Positions 23,301 to 35,363 of a stretch of DNA of 64,000 nt are shown here, piece after piece. The notes under the pieces were generated by a model. That model was not told the origin of the DNA, made no database searches, and saw only the letters and a list, made by a program, of their open reading frames with translations. The stretch comes from Macrostomum lignano (Eukaryota). Positions within the stretch are counted from its first letter, which is position 1, and each line of letters begins with the position of its first letter. The stretch is taken from the NCBI GenBank assembly GCA_002269645.1, contig NIVC01003065.1, forward strand, positions 57,364-121,363. Direction: 5' to 3'. The translations under genes were made by a program, and so were the position numbers.

Positions 23301-26300
23301 ATTCGATTCTGTCTAACAGGATTCGATTCTGTCTAACAGGATTCGATTCTGTCTAACAGGATTCGATTCTGTCTAACATGATTCGATTCTGTCTAACAGG
23401 ATTCGATTCTGTCTAACAGGATTCGATTCTGTCTAACAGGATTCGATTCTGTCTAACAGGATTCGATTCTGTCTAACATGATTCGATTCTGTCTAACAGG
23501 ATTCGATTCTGTCTAACAGGATTCGATTCTGTCTAACAGGATTCGATTCTGTCTAACATGATTCGATTCTGTCTAACAGGATTCGATTCAGTCTAACAGG
23601 ATTCGATTCTATCTAACAGAATTCGATTCTGTCTAACAGCTAATGTATCTTACTAGAACCAAATAATGTTTAACAGGGCTTGCCTGACAAAAATTGTAAT
23701 ATTACATCCTTAAAGCAAGGCACTACTCAGACATGGCATTCCGTAATACCTATAAGTTTAAAAAACAAAAATTTAAATGTAAAATTTTAGTGCTACCCCA
23801 GAACGTTTGAAATTCTGAAAGTGAGTTTTCAAAACTCATGCCATGCAGGTAAAATTATTCATTGACAAGGTGTTCACTTATTTGAAAAATAATATATAAC
23901 AGAAACAGAAAGCCACCAGTTATCCAGAAGCAGACAAGTGCAACAACAATTTAAGAAAATGAATTCCATTTAACAGGTTTTTCTTTCAAAGAAAAATCTA
24001 CCTTCAGGGTTTATTAGCAGTAGTATAGTAAGAAGAAAACGGTTTATTCGGGTTTTAAATGAGGGAGAATCCAACAAAACAACAATTGAAGGGCAGGCAG
24101 GTTCACTTACAGTCTGAGCTGAGCGCTGCAACAAAGGAGATTGTCGAACTTATTGAATAAAGCTGCTCATGTCAATGCAGCGGTGCTGAATAACGGGTTT
24201 AAATCTGGGAATCGGGGGCGCCAAATCTGGGAATCGGGGGCGCCAAATCTGGGAATCGGGGGCGCCAAATCTGGGAATCGGGGGCGCCAAATCTGGGAAT
24301 CGGGGGCGCCAAATCTGGGAATCGGGGGCGCCAAATCTGGGAATCGGGGGCGCCAAATCTGGGAATCGGGGGCGCCAAATCTGGGAATCGGGGGCGCCAA
24401 ATCTGGGAATCGGGGGCGCCAAATCTGGGAATCAGGGGTGCTGAATCTGGGAATCGGGGGCACCAAATCTGGGAATCGGGGGCGCCAAATCTGGGAATCA
24501 GGGGTGCTGAATCTGGGAATCGGGGGCACCAAATCTGAGAATCGGGGGCGCCAAATCTGGGAATCAGGGGTGCTGAATCTGGGAATCGGGGGCACCAAAT
24601 CTGGGAATCGGGGGCGCCAAATCTGGGAATCAGGGGTGCTGAATCTGGGAATCGGGGGCACCAAATCTGGGGGCGCCAAATCTGGGGGCGCCAAATCTGG
24701 GGGCGCCAAATCTGAGAATCGGGTGGCGCCAAATCTGGGAATCTGGGCGCCAAATCTGAGAATCGGGGGGCGCCAAATCTGGGAATCGGGTGGGGGGCGC
24801 CAAATCTGGGAATCGGGTGGGGGCGCCAAATCTGGGAATCGGTGGGGGGGGGGCGCCAAATCTGGGAATCTGGGCGGGGGCGGCCAAATCTGGGAGTCAG
24901 GGGCGCCAAATCTGAGAATCAGGGGGGGGGGCCGCCGAATCTGGGAATCAGGGGGGGGCGCCAAATCTGGGAATCAGGGGGGGGGCGCCAAATCTGGGAA
25001 TCAGGGGGGGCGCCAAATCTGGGAGTCAAGGGGCGCCAAATCTAGGAATCGGGGGGCGGGGCGCCAAATCTGGGAATCTGGAGGCGCCAAATCTGGGGGG
25101 GCGCCAAATCTGGGGGCGCAAAATCTGGGGGCGCCAAATCTGGGGGCGCCAAATCTGGGGGCGCCAAATCTGAGAATCGGGTGGCGCCAAATCTGGGAAT
25201 CTGGGCGGGGGCGGAATCTGAGAGTCGAAAACTCAATTTAAAATAAATATAGTGATTGCTCGTACACCCCATCGTTAAAACCCTGATTACGGTGTTATCC
25301 ATCGCTAAGCTCTCACCTGAGCACGAGGCCATAGATGAAGATGCCAATGCCCAGCACTGTTGGCACCCACAGCATGGAGATCATGTGACCAGACCAGGCG
25401 AAATAAAATGCAATCTTTTCGCCGAAATAATTTCGAACTTTGTCCAGCGGTTGGTACTTGCTTATTCGAGTCCACACATTGTTGAGTCGGGCTCGCTCGT
25501 CCGGGGAGTAGATCGAATTGAACTGGCAGTCTCCCACCTGCAGAACGGCCTGTAACTTTTTGCCCTTGGCGATCTCTTCGTCTGTGGCTCGGTTCCGGTC
25601 GATTTTATAATCGCCAGGATAGGCCTTGAGCCAGTCGCGTTTCAAGCTCTTCACCCAGGGATCTCTCTCCGACGGGTCGTGCAGGATGAAAGCGTCAGTG
25701 AAGACTCCGCGGTGGAGCAGCTTTGGTAGGGCTGGAAGGTTGAATTGTTGTCAATCATTCAGTCGGCGAGACTTGTATATTAATAAGCGGGCCAATACTG
25801 TACCTGTGTACCTAAATAAAGTTTTTTGACTTTCTAATCCTGTCAGACACGTACACTCCCTGTGCATTGTGGGTTGGCCCTCACGGCTGGTGAATCGCTC
25901 GCATTTGCAAGCTTGGTCAGGCATTCACTGGCAATGGCAAGCAGTTCATTGCAGCCTACTTCCAGAAGCAGTCACTGGGTAGCTGGCGCCCCCTGCGTAG
26001 CTGGCGCCCCTGTGTATCTGGCGCCCCCCTGCGTAGCTGGCGCCCCTGTGTAGCTGGCGCCCCTGTGTATCTGGCGCCCCCCCCCCCTGTGTAGCTGGCG
26101 CCCCCTTGTGTATCTGGCGCCCCCCCCCCTGTGTAGCTGGCGCCCCCTGTGTACCTGGCTCCCCCTCTGTGTAGCTGGCGCCCCCCTGTGTAGCTGGCGC
26201 CCCCCTGTGTAGCTGGCGCCCCCCCCCTGTGTAGCTGGCGCCCCCCCCTGTGTAGCTGGCACCCCTCTGTGTAGCTGGCACCCCTCTGTGTAGCTGGCAC

Positions 26301-29300
26301 CCCTCTGTGTAGCTGGCACCCCTCTGTGAAGCTGGTGTTGTGTAGTTGGTTTGCAGATATGTACATCTGCTATGTACATCTGTTTTCCGATATTGATCTG
26401 TCGCAGCTAAATGAATATATAAGTACCAGTCGGGAGGACAACTAGGGCTAAGTTCGTGTGTACCCCTAAATTCAGTCGGACTTCTCAACACAACAGCTGG
26501 CACCCCCCTTGTGTAGGTGGCGCTGAGTGAACGAAGAGCAACAATGAAGTTCCAAGGTTAAAGAAGTAAGTATTTAATCACTGATTAATTAGCATGTAAC
26601 AAGTTTGCTAATTTACCTGTCATTGAAAGATCCTTGTCCAGCTCAATGGCAGCCGAACCAATATCCGTGTTAATCAATATGTTGTGTACCTGAAAGTAAA
26701 TTCAATTTAATGTCAAATTTAACACCTAAAAAGTGGCACAAAAAGCAATGAGGAACCGATTCTTACCAAGTAGGATCTCTGTGCCGGCCGGAAGAATGTC
26801 TCCTTGTTCTCGTGGCCCCGAAACAGGTGCAGATTTCTCCGGGTAAACGGCCCGCTGATGAAGTCCTCTGCATTGCATTTGGTGTTAATGCATGTGATAT
26901 ATGATATGAGATATGTGATATGGGATATGTGATATGTGATATGTGATATGTGATATGTGATATGAGATATGTGATATGTGATATGAGATATGTGATATGT
27001 GATATGAGATATGTGATATGTGATATGTGATATGTGAATGTGAAATGGGAAATGTGAAATGAGATATGTGATGTGTGAAACGTGATATGTTATATGTGAT
27101 GTGTGAAACGTGATATGTGACATGTGACACGTGAAATGTAAAGTGTGAAATGTGAAATTTGATGTGATATGGCCGGGATATGTGATATAAGATATGGGAT
27201 ACGGGATATGTTATACGTGATATATGATGTGATGTGATATGCAACATACAATACCATTCAGAGAGACAATAGACAAGACTTATAATCACCTTCATCATCT
27301 TCAATCATATTGCAGCAGTCTCCAATTTTTTGAAACAAATCGAAACTCTCCAGAGGCGAGATTGTCTGTGGGGCATTTTTGTTTGCAAAAAATTACTTTC
27401 CGGAAAAATTTCTACGATGGCTTAAAGCTGCAACCCCTCACAGACAGCACAAGAAAATAAATCTGTCACTCGATTGCTCACGTCGGCTGGCAAAAATTAG
27501 TGGAGATTACTCAAATCTGTACTAACCACAACCAACTTAGCTTAACCAGGTTGGCTAATTATTAATAAAAGCGGAATACTTTTTGGCTTTGAAAGTTAAA
27601 AATAGGGTAGGTATGCTGCACTTAATTATCCTAGGAATTCTTAATCTTCTTGATAAAGGGGTTGTAGCCTAGTGGTTAGAGCGTTGTCGTACTCTAGACT
27701 GAAAGGTCAGGGGTTCGATTCCCGATCCCACGGGAAAAACTTGTGTCCTTAAGCAATACACTTAACTCTGCATTGCTTCAGTTCACCCAGCTATAGAATG
27801 GGTGCCAGCATTAGCTGGGGTAATTGAGGCTGTGTGTGGCGACCCCCCAGTCCTTGGACTGAACAGTCGTACACAGCCTTCAGATGCACCGCGCAATGGC
27901 TGCGGCTGAGCTGTCGGTTGCACATCTGGATCTGGCCCAATTGGGGCAGGTGTAATCAATTACGAGTACACCTTTTCACGTTCAATTTTGATCAAAGTCC
28001 AGTTCTAAAAAACTAGCGGAAATTCAATTCAGACTGAGGATAATTTTGTCTATGGCTAAACCTTACTTCGGTTAGAATGTTTTGAGCTGGGGTTAGACTT
28101 TGAACGTGAAAATGTGTATTATTATGTATTATTAGCCTTCGGCTCTCGGGATTTAATCGCATACCGACCTCAAACCCATAGAATATCTTATACAAACTAC
28201 TTTAATTTTGCGGGATGTATTCAGATAAATCCCGGAGCCATACTTGTATGTCTATGGTTGAAGTTGGGGATGGGGTGTGGGGGCGAAGCCACTGCGGGCG
28301 AAGCCCCCACATTCTTACCATAGACAAAATTTCATTAAGAAATTCTATTCTTTCCTCCATGGTGTGCACCCTGGCGCACTTTAAGCGACAGAGGCACACA
28401 ACCGGCGAGAGGCATTACTGCCCACTCCACCGACTCCCCTGAGCAGGCGCACAAGCGCGCGGATACGTACGCAGGCACTCACTCACACAGCAGTGTACAA
28501 CAGCCCTAGAAATTTGATTTCAGCTTTAATAGCTACATATATATACATATATACATAGACTCGATCTTGTTCTAAACGAGCTGAAGGCTGGTAAGAAAGG
28601 TCTCCGAAAATTATGCATTATTTACTGGGGTTGCACTCCGAAAACCAAAATACTGTTGGATATTGCTAGAACTTTCGGAGTAGTGATATTTCGGGTTTAT
28701 GATATTTCAGGTTTGTGATATTTCGGGTTTATGATATTTCGGGTTTATGCTATTTCGGGTTTATGCTATTTCGGGTTTACGATATTTCGGGTTTACGATA
28801 TTTCGGGTTTACGATATTTCGGGTTTACGATATTTCGGGTTTACGATATTTCGGGTTTACGATATTTCGGGTTTATGCTATTTTGGGTTTTTGATGGAAA
28901 GCGCTTTTCGGAGTTGTGATTTTTCAGGTTTGTGATGTCCCCCTTACTGGCATCCAACTAATTTCTAAGAAAAAAGATTTTAGAGCCCCTTATAATTTAC
29001 TTGTACATGAGTACATTTTTTTCTAAATTGATGTAAGAAAATACTTTGCAATTTTTTGTTAAGCGTCTTTCTCTCTCTCCTCGACGATTGCACACCATTT
29101 TGGAGTTGCGAGAAAGAATTTATGGCCTGGTGGTTAATAGTAAATATGGCTTTATTACTGAAGTAGTTTTCATTTCTGCGCAAGATTGCTCACTGAAGGG
29201 TAAAACGTATGTTCTATGTGCGACTGTTGAGAGCTTTTAGAGCAAAGAAAGCAAGAAATTTAGTCAAGATTTGGTATGAAAACCGACCCCCTGAGCATTA

Positions 29301-30420
29301 TTCATTCAGCCTCTTGCTTTCACGCTTTGTATCTGCAGCTAAAATTAGTGACGAAAAGCACCGTAATACGCATTGGTTTAACTACAGCCTAATCTCTTAT
29401 TAAAGATAAATGACCTTTAACTGACACATTGGCCGATTCTCTAGTTAAAGACAGCTATGACCATTAGTTTGCACAATGACCAATTCTATAGTTAAAGACA
29501 GCTATGACCATTAGTTGGCACAATGACCAATTCTCTAAGTAAAGACAGCTATGACCATTAGTTTGCACAATGACCAATTCTCTAGTTAAAGACAGCTATG
29601 ACCATTAGTTGGCACAATGACCAATTCTCTAAGTAAAGACAGCTATGACCGTTAGTTGGCACAATGACCAATTCTCTAGTTAAAGACAGCTATGACCGTT
29701 AGTTGGCACAATGACCAATTCTCTAGTTAAAGACAGCTATGACCATTAGTTGGCACAATGACCAATTCTCTAAGTAAAGACAGCTATGACCATTAGTTTG
29801 CACAATGACCAATTCTCTAGTTAAAGACAGCTATGACCATTAGTTTGCACAATGACCAATTCTCTAGTTAAAGACAGCTATGACCATTAGTTTGCACAAT
29901 GACCAATTCTCTAGTTAAAGACAGCTATGACCGTTAGTTGGCACAATGACCAATTCTCTAGTTAAAGACAGCTATGACCATTAGTTTGCACAAATACCGA
30001 TTCTCTAATTAAAAAACAAACTACCAACGTCCCAGCATAATCAGACTGGGTTACCTTGTCCAGCGCCATCTCCAGTTTGAGTTTCTCAGCCTCGCGAGCC
30101 AGAACATTGAACGGGGCGTAAATCTTGATAAACACCAGCGGGTGGTCGCCGCCGTCGTTGTACTCGTAGGTCTCGGTTTCGATTCCCGGTCGGCGAGATT
30201 TCAACGTGTCCAAAAAGATTTGCCGCAATTGCGGCTTCAAGTCCGTGTGATCATCGTGATCGCAGTCCCGGTAGGTCAGCACGTAGTCGACATTGGGCAG
30301 GTGGGTTCCAGTCCATTTAAACTCGGTTGGGCCAAGGATGTCGTCCGGTTCGCTCGAGCCCAGTCCGCTATTCACCATCAAGCCTGGGTGGCTGCTGCCG
30401 CCCAGTTTTTCGACGTCCAT
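8270..30420 (-). CDS. ANO: Anoctamin / TMEM16 family channel-scramblase (18 exons, ~1019 aa; probable extra 60-nt exon)
   Basis: Exons: 30055-30420, 27290-27365, 26767-26867, 26617-26689, 25317-25731, 21432-21515, 21144-21360, 19252-19341, 18331-18486, 18193-18229, 16992-17101, 16740-16900, 15548-15737, 14586-14870, 12882-13006, 11963-12363, 11128-11220, 8270-8349. All are GT-AG with matching phases and sum to 3060 nt. Motifs: [69 protein letters not shown]. Confidence 0.95.
8690..11066. repeat. 35-bp tandem satellite (~68 units)
   Basis: Unit GGATCAAGGAGAGTCACTGGCGGGAAGGCACTGAA. Confidence 0.97.
11128..11220 (-). CDS. ANO: Anoctamin exon 17
   Basis: After a gacag acceptor it reads [31 protein letters not shown]. 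The donor GTCTGG is weak but phase-correct. Confidence 0.65.
11963..12363 (-). CDS. ANO: Anoctamin exon 16 (charged low-complexity C-tail)
   Basis: ctccag acceptor, GTGAGT donor, open in the expected frame ([15 protein letters not shown]...KKEGG). Confidence 0.85.
12720..12779 (-). CDS. ANO: Probable extra or alternative anoctamin exon (symmetric phase 2-2)
   Basis: After a ctcaag acceptor it reads [20 protein letters not shown], with a CA|GTGGGT donor. Read-through gives a stop at 12668-12670. Confidence 0.5.
12882..13006 (-). CDS. ANO: Anoctamin exon 15 (TM10)
   Basis: [30 protein letters not shown]; cgcag acceptor and GTGAGT donor. Confidence 0.92.
13180..14520. repeat. 21-bp tandem satellite
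   Basis: Unit AGATTAGATGGAATCTGAGG(T/G). Confidence 0.97.
14586..14870 (-). CDS. ANO: Anoctamin exon 14 (TM7-TM9)
   Basis: [35 protein letters not shown]...KLAIVLLVE. Confidence 0.95.
14985..15445. repeat. Degenerate nested minisatellite
   Basis: Recurrent ATTCGGGATTTATGTCGGGAT(T/C)TCCCAAT, with a longer ~128-bp period visible at 15100 and 15228. Confidence 0.85.
15548..15737 (-). CDS. ANO: Anoctamin exon 13
   Basis: [13 protein letters not shown]...[17 protein letters not shown]. Confidence 0.93.
15790..16560. repeat. 12-13-bp satellite
   Basis: Unit GAAGACACCTCTT. Confidence 0.95.
16740..16900 (-). CDS. ANO: Anoctamin exon 12 (TM6)
   Basis: [54 protein letters not shown]; not in the ORF track frame, read by hand. 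Confidence 0.9.
16992..17101 (-). CDS. ANO: Anoctamin exon 11
   Basis: [37 protein letters not shown]. Confidence 0.95.
17150..18170. repeat. Bipartite 23-bp / 22-bp satellite
   Basis: GTGACGCCAAGAGGGAAGTTG(C/T)A up to ~17530, then GTGACGCTAAGGTGGGAGTG(C/T)A. Confidence 0.95.
18193..18229 (-). CDS. ANO: Anoctamin exon 10 (37-nt mini-exon)
   Basis: ttccag|[12 protein letters not shown]|GTGAGT supplies the required phase 0 to 1 change. Confidence 0.9.
18331..18486 (-). CDS. ANO: Anoctamin exon 9 (TM3-TM4)
   Basis: [17 protein letters not shown]...[11 protein letters not shown]. Confidence 0.93.
18588..19190. repeat. 30-bp satellite grading into a 28-bp variant
   Basis: CCCAGCAACTGAGGATCTGGGAGTCTGTAG, then GGCTGGCCCAGCAACTGAGGATCTGGGA. 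Confidence 0.95.
19252..19341 (-). CDS. ANO: Anoctamin exon 8
   Basis: [30 protein letters not shown]. Confidence 0.92.
19570..21115. repeat. 66-67-bp minisatellite interrupted by a mariner
   Basis: Unit AATGAATGTACATTCAATGCCACGATAGATAGTCGCCTATCCGTTCAGCGGGGGACGAGATTTTTTT; ~3 units left and ~5 units right of the insertion. Confidence 0.93.
19799..20780 (+). mobile_element. Internally deleted Tc1/mariner DNA transposon
   Basis: ~200-bp TIRs (TACGAGG.GTGTCCAAAAAGTAGTG... and its reverse complement ending CCTCGTA) with a TA target. Internal 20237-20580 encodes a decayed mariner HTH: SASEIHAKL...[24 protein letters not shown] and [25 protein letters not shown]. Confidence 0.92.
21144..21360 (-). 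CDS. ANO: Anoctamin exon 7 (TM2)
   Basis: [38 protein letters not shown]. Confidence 0.95.
21432..21515 (-). CDS. ANO: Anoctamin exon 6 (Thr-rich loop)
   Basis: tacag|[28 protein letters not shown]|GTAAG, phase 2-2. Confidence 0.85.
21578..23640. repeat. 20-bp satellite (~100 units)
   Basis: Unit CTAACAGGATTCGATTCTGT. Confidence 0.97.
24200..25220. repeat. 22-bp GC-rich satellite, decaying to the right
   Basis: Unit AAATCTGGGAATCGGGGGCGCC. Confidence 0.95.
25317..25731 (-). CDS. ANO: Anoctamin exon 5 (TM1)
   Basis: [18 protein letters not shown]...[23 protein letters not shown]...GIFIYGLVL. Confidence 0.95.
25978..26335. repeat. ~19-22-bp minisatellite with variable C-run
   Basis: Unit GTAGCTGGCGCCCC(n)TGT. 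Confidence 0.92.
26617..26689 (-). CDS. ANO: Anoctamin exon 4
   Basis: tttcag|[24 protein letters not shown]|GTAAAT. Confidence 0.85.
26767..26867 (-). CDS. ANO: Anoctamin exon 3
   Basis: [34 protein letters not shown]. Confidence 0.9.
26893..27240. repeat. 7-bp microsatellite
   Basis: (GATATGT)n. Confidence 0.92.
27290..27365 (-). CDS. ANO: Anoctamin exon 2
   Basis: ccacag|[25 protein letters not shown]|GTGATT. Confidence 0.75.
27658..27960 (+). mobile_element. tRNA-derived SINE with CORE-like central domain (copy 1)
   Basis: A box TAGCCTAGTGG and B box GGTTCGATTCC, then GTCCTTAAGCAATACACTTAACTC...CAGCTATAGAATGGG resembling the MIR/CORE consensus. Homologous to 58392. Confidence 0.85.
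28682..28885. repeat. 16-bp minisatellite
   Basis: Unit GATATTTCGGGTTTA(C/T). Confidence 0.92.
29438..29995. repeat. 47-bp minisatellite (~12 units)
   Basis: Unit TCTAGTTAAAGACAGCTATGACCATTAGTTGGCACAATGACCAATTC. Confidence 0.95.
30055..30420 (-). CDS. ANO: Anoctamin first coding exon
   Basis: MDVEKLGG...VDYVLTY...[27 protein letters not shown]|GTAACC is the anoctamin dimerisation-domain signature. An in-frame TGA lies just upstream of the ATG. Confidence 0.92.
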
Positions 30421-30541
30421 GGCTCAGTGGCTGAAAAGCGTGCCTTTTCATTATCAAATGCGAAGAGAGGGGGATCTTTCGGAATCATAGACCTGACCGC
30501 TTGGTATGAAATGGCTTTATACGGAAAGGAATGGCTTAATT

Positions 30542-32620
<2,079 letters not shown>

Positions 32621-32945
32621 ACAGACGAGCAGAAAAGCTCTCAAGCAATTCAGAAGAGAGAGAGCAGACTAAACAAAACCCATCTATTGCTAAAATGATT
32701 ACAAGGATAAGACAGCTGCTTAGGAGAAACTGCTTCAGCTAGACACAAAAAATGGACAAAGAAAATTACACAGATGGAACAATATTGACTCAAGAGGCAT
32801 CAGACATTTGCTAAAAGCAATCCGAAATTAACTACATAATCTTCACCTTTGCTAGATGAGAGACGTAAAAAATCAAGTAACGAAATCAATCATGGTTTAC
32901 TACGCAGAATGGTGAAAATATACACAGAACGCAAAACACTTTAAT

Positions 32946-33480
32946 ACAGGTGGGGTCGGCAACCTCTTTAGTGGCATTTCAAGGGCCAGATAGAGAATAA
33001 ACATAGACTAAATGTTAGGCGAGGAAATAAAGGAGAAGAGAGATGGAAGGGGAGAAGAGAGAATTGAGAGGAGAAGAGAGAGGAGAGGAGAGGAGAGGAG
33101 AGGAGAGGAGAGGAGAGGAGAGGAGAGGAGAGGAGAGGAGAGGAGAGGAGAGGAGAGGAGAGGAGAGGAGAGGAGAGGAGAGGAGAGGAGAGGAGAGGAG
33201 AGAATGCAGAGGAGAGGAGAGGAGAGGAGAGGAGAGAATGCAGAGGAGAGGAGAGAATGCAGAGGAGAGGAGAGAATGCAGAGGAGAGGAGAGGAGAGGA
33301 GAGGAGAGGAGAGGAGAGGAGAGGAGAGGAGAGAAGGGAGAGGAGAGAAGAGAGCTGAGATGAGACACAAGCTCTGAGAGGGCCAGATTGCGATTTTGAA
33401 AATTCAAAGCACCCGAGGGCCGGATAGAGAGGCTTGGCAGGCCGCATGAGGTCCGCGGACCGTAGTTTGCCAACCCCCGT
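32946..33480. mobile_element. hAT-type MITE with internal (GGAGA)n expansion
   Basis: Left end GGGGTCGGCAAC (~32952) and right end GTTTGCCAACCCC (~33466) are hAT-like TIRs; (GGAGA)n occupies 33040-33350. Confidence 0.65.
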
Positions 33481-33554
33481 TATAAAATGAAGCTAGGACC
33501 GCAATAACGCATGTGGTTAAGTTTTTAAATCATGTTAGAGACGCTGCACCGTCT

Positions 33555-35363
33555 CTAGGCTTCGCCAATGTACAGCTGACTCAACTTAGCAATCGCCTCA
33601 GCTTCATCTGTGCCATCAGCTGTTGTTGCCGCAGACTCCGCCAGCCGCTTCATCAATCGTTGAGCTGCCTGCTTCTCCGACTGACTAAAGAATGCCAGTG
33701 CCAATTGAAATCGCTGACAGTTGGTCAGCGCGGTCAGAATGCTGACAGTCGGTTGCGTTGGCAATTTGTCAGAGTCAGCGGCATCGAGGGCTGTCAAGAA
33801 TTCGCCCAACAGGCCGAATGGAATTTCTGAGGCGAACAAGTTCGAGTAAACTGACGGCGCCAGGCTTAGCAGGTAGCTGCGGCTGAAATAGTGAAGTTTA
33901 GTACAAATTTTTTACAGGTTTGTAGCCTGACAACGACAAACACTTTTTTGATGTTATCGCTGTGCTATTTGGCGGAAAAGTCTCCAAGTGAGAATATTTC
34001 ATTCGTTGTCTTCTTATATTAGTTTATATTCTTTTTAAATTCTTATGTCCATTAACTCTAGGACTACCTCCGTTATTGTTGTTGCTGTTGTTGTTTACTG
34101 TGTGCTTGTTGTTGTTGCTGTTGTTGTTTACTGTGTGCTTGTTGTTGTTGCTGTTGTTGTTTACTGTGTGCTTGTTGTTGTTGCTGTTGTTGTTTACTGT
34201 GTGCTTGTTGTTGTTGCTGTTGTTGTTTACTGTGTGCTTGTTGTTGTTGCTGTTGTTGTTGTTGTTCACTGTGTGCTTATTGTTGTTGCTGTTATTGTTG
34301 TTGTTTACTGTGTGCTTGTTGTTGTTGCTGTTGTTGTTTACTGTGTGCTTGTTGTTGTTGCTGTTGTTGTTGTTGTTCACTGTGTGCTTGTTGTTGTTGC
34401 TGTTGTTGTTGTTGTTGTTCACAGTTTGCTTGCCGTTGTTGTTCACTTCTTTGTCGTTGTTGTTTACTGTTTGCTTGTTTTTTTTTTTTTCGTTGTTGTT
34501 CACTGTGTGCTTGTTGTCGTTGTTGTTCGCTGTTTGTTTCGTTGTTGTTCACTGTTTGCTTGTTTTTGTTGTTGTTCACTGTTTGCTTGTTGTTGCTTTT
34601 CTTCACTGTTTGCTTGTTGTTGTTGTTTTTAATCACTGTGTGCTTGTAGTTGTTGTTGTTGTTGTTTTTGTTGTTGTTGTTGTTGTTAATCACTGTGTGC
34701 TTGTTGTTGTTGTTGATCACTGTGTGTTTGCTTTGTTGCCGTTGTTGTTGTTGTTAATCACTGTGTGCTTGTTGTTGTTGTTCACTTTGAGCTTGCTTTG
34801 TTGTTGTTTTTGTCAAATGTTAGACAAAATAACAGGAATTTCTCTTAAAGTTTTAGGCTCATACGCAGTTTATCTTCGCAATTTCATGCCAGCGTTTTGC
34901 TTGATCGCTTACAATAAATGCCACCTCCCTTTGAGTTAAAAGACGGCTCATCAAAAATGAGTGAGGGCCCTCTGAGCACTCACCGATCCTCAGGAGTCTT
35001 CAACGATTGCCAAATTCTCACAAACTGCTGACAACTGGCAGGCGGCTCTCCAGTGGATGAAGTGGCGCCTAGCAGGGAGCTTCCGCTGTCCCCCCGGCCG
35101 TCAACTCCCGCACCGCCACCTCCGCGGCTTCGACCGCGATTCCACAGTCCGGTCTCGTTGGTTCGAATCTCGGTGACTTTCTCGCCGCGATCCAACGGCT
35201 TCAAATGGCTGGCGTTGACGATTTCTTTGAACTCTTCGTAGCTGGCTACGCGCTGGTTTACTGCACGAAATTTTGCATCGTTTTTCTCCCAGTAACGCCT
35301 ATCGGCTTCTACCGCCTGCTCCAGCTCCCGTTCCAGCCTGTCCAGATTGATCTCGGCTGTCAT
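33555..35363 (-). CDS. CCDC103: CCDC103 / DNAAF19 dynein axonemal assembly factor (exons 34984-35363 and 33555-33882; ~235 aa)
   Basis: The N-terminal INLDRLERELEQAVEADRRYWEKNDAKFRAVNQRVASYEEFKEIVNASHLKPLDR is the dynein-attachment domain. The C-terminal exon is RPAP3_C-like (LLGEFLTAL...RFQLALAFFSQSEKQAAQRL). Phase-2 GTGAGT / tttcag intron. Confidence 0.93.
34072..34810. repeat. (GTT)n-rich minisatellite with TTACTGTGTGCTT spacers
   Basis: ~30-bp units inside the CCDC103 intron. Confidence 0.93.

Noticed and set aside
24141-25241. 366-aa Gly-rich ORF and overlapping Pro-rich antisense ORFs
   Set aside because: Derived from the 22-bp satellite and open in many frames at once.
27658-27735. 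tRNA gene call (also at 58392)
   Set aside because: A and B boxes are present but there is no clean cloverleaf, and the sequence continues into a shared SINE body.
32968-34939. LSSP / EERRG and poly-L, V, N, Q ORFs resembling membrane or prion-like proteins
   Set aside because: Translations of (GGAGA)n and (GTT)n tracts; the latter lies within the CCDC103 intron.
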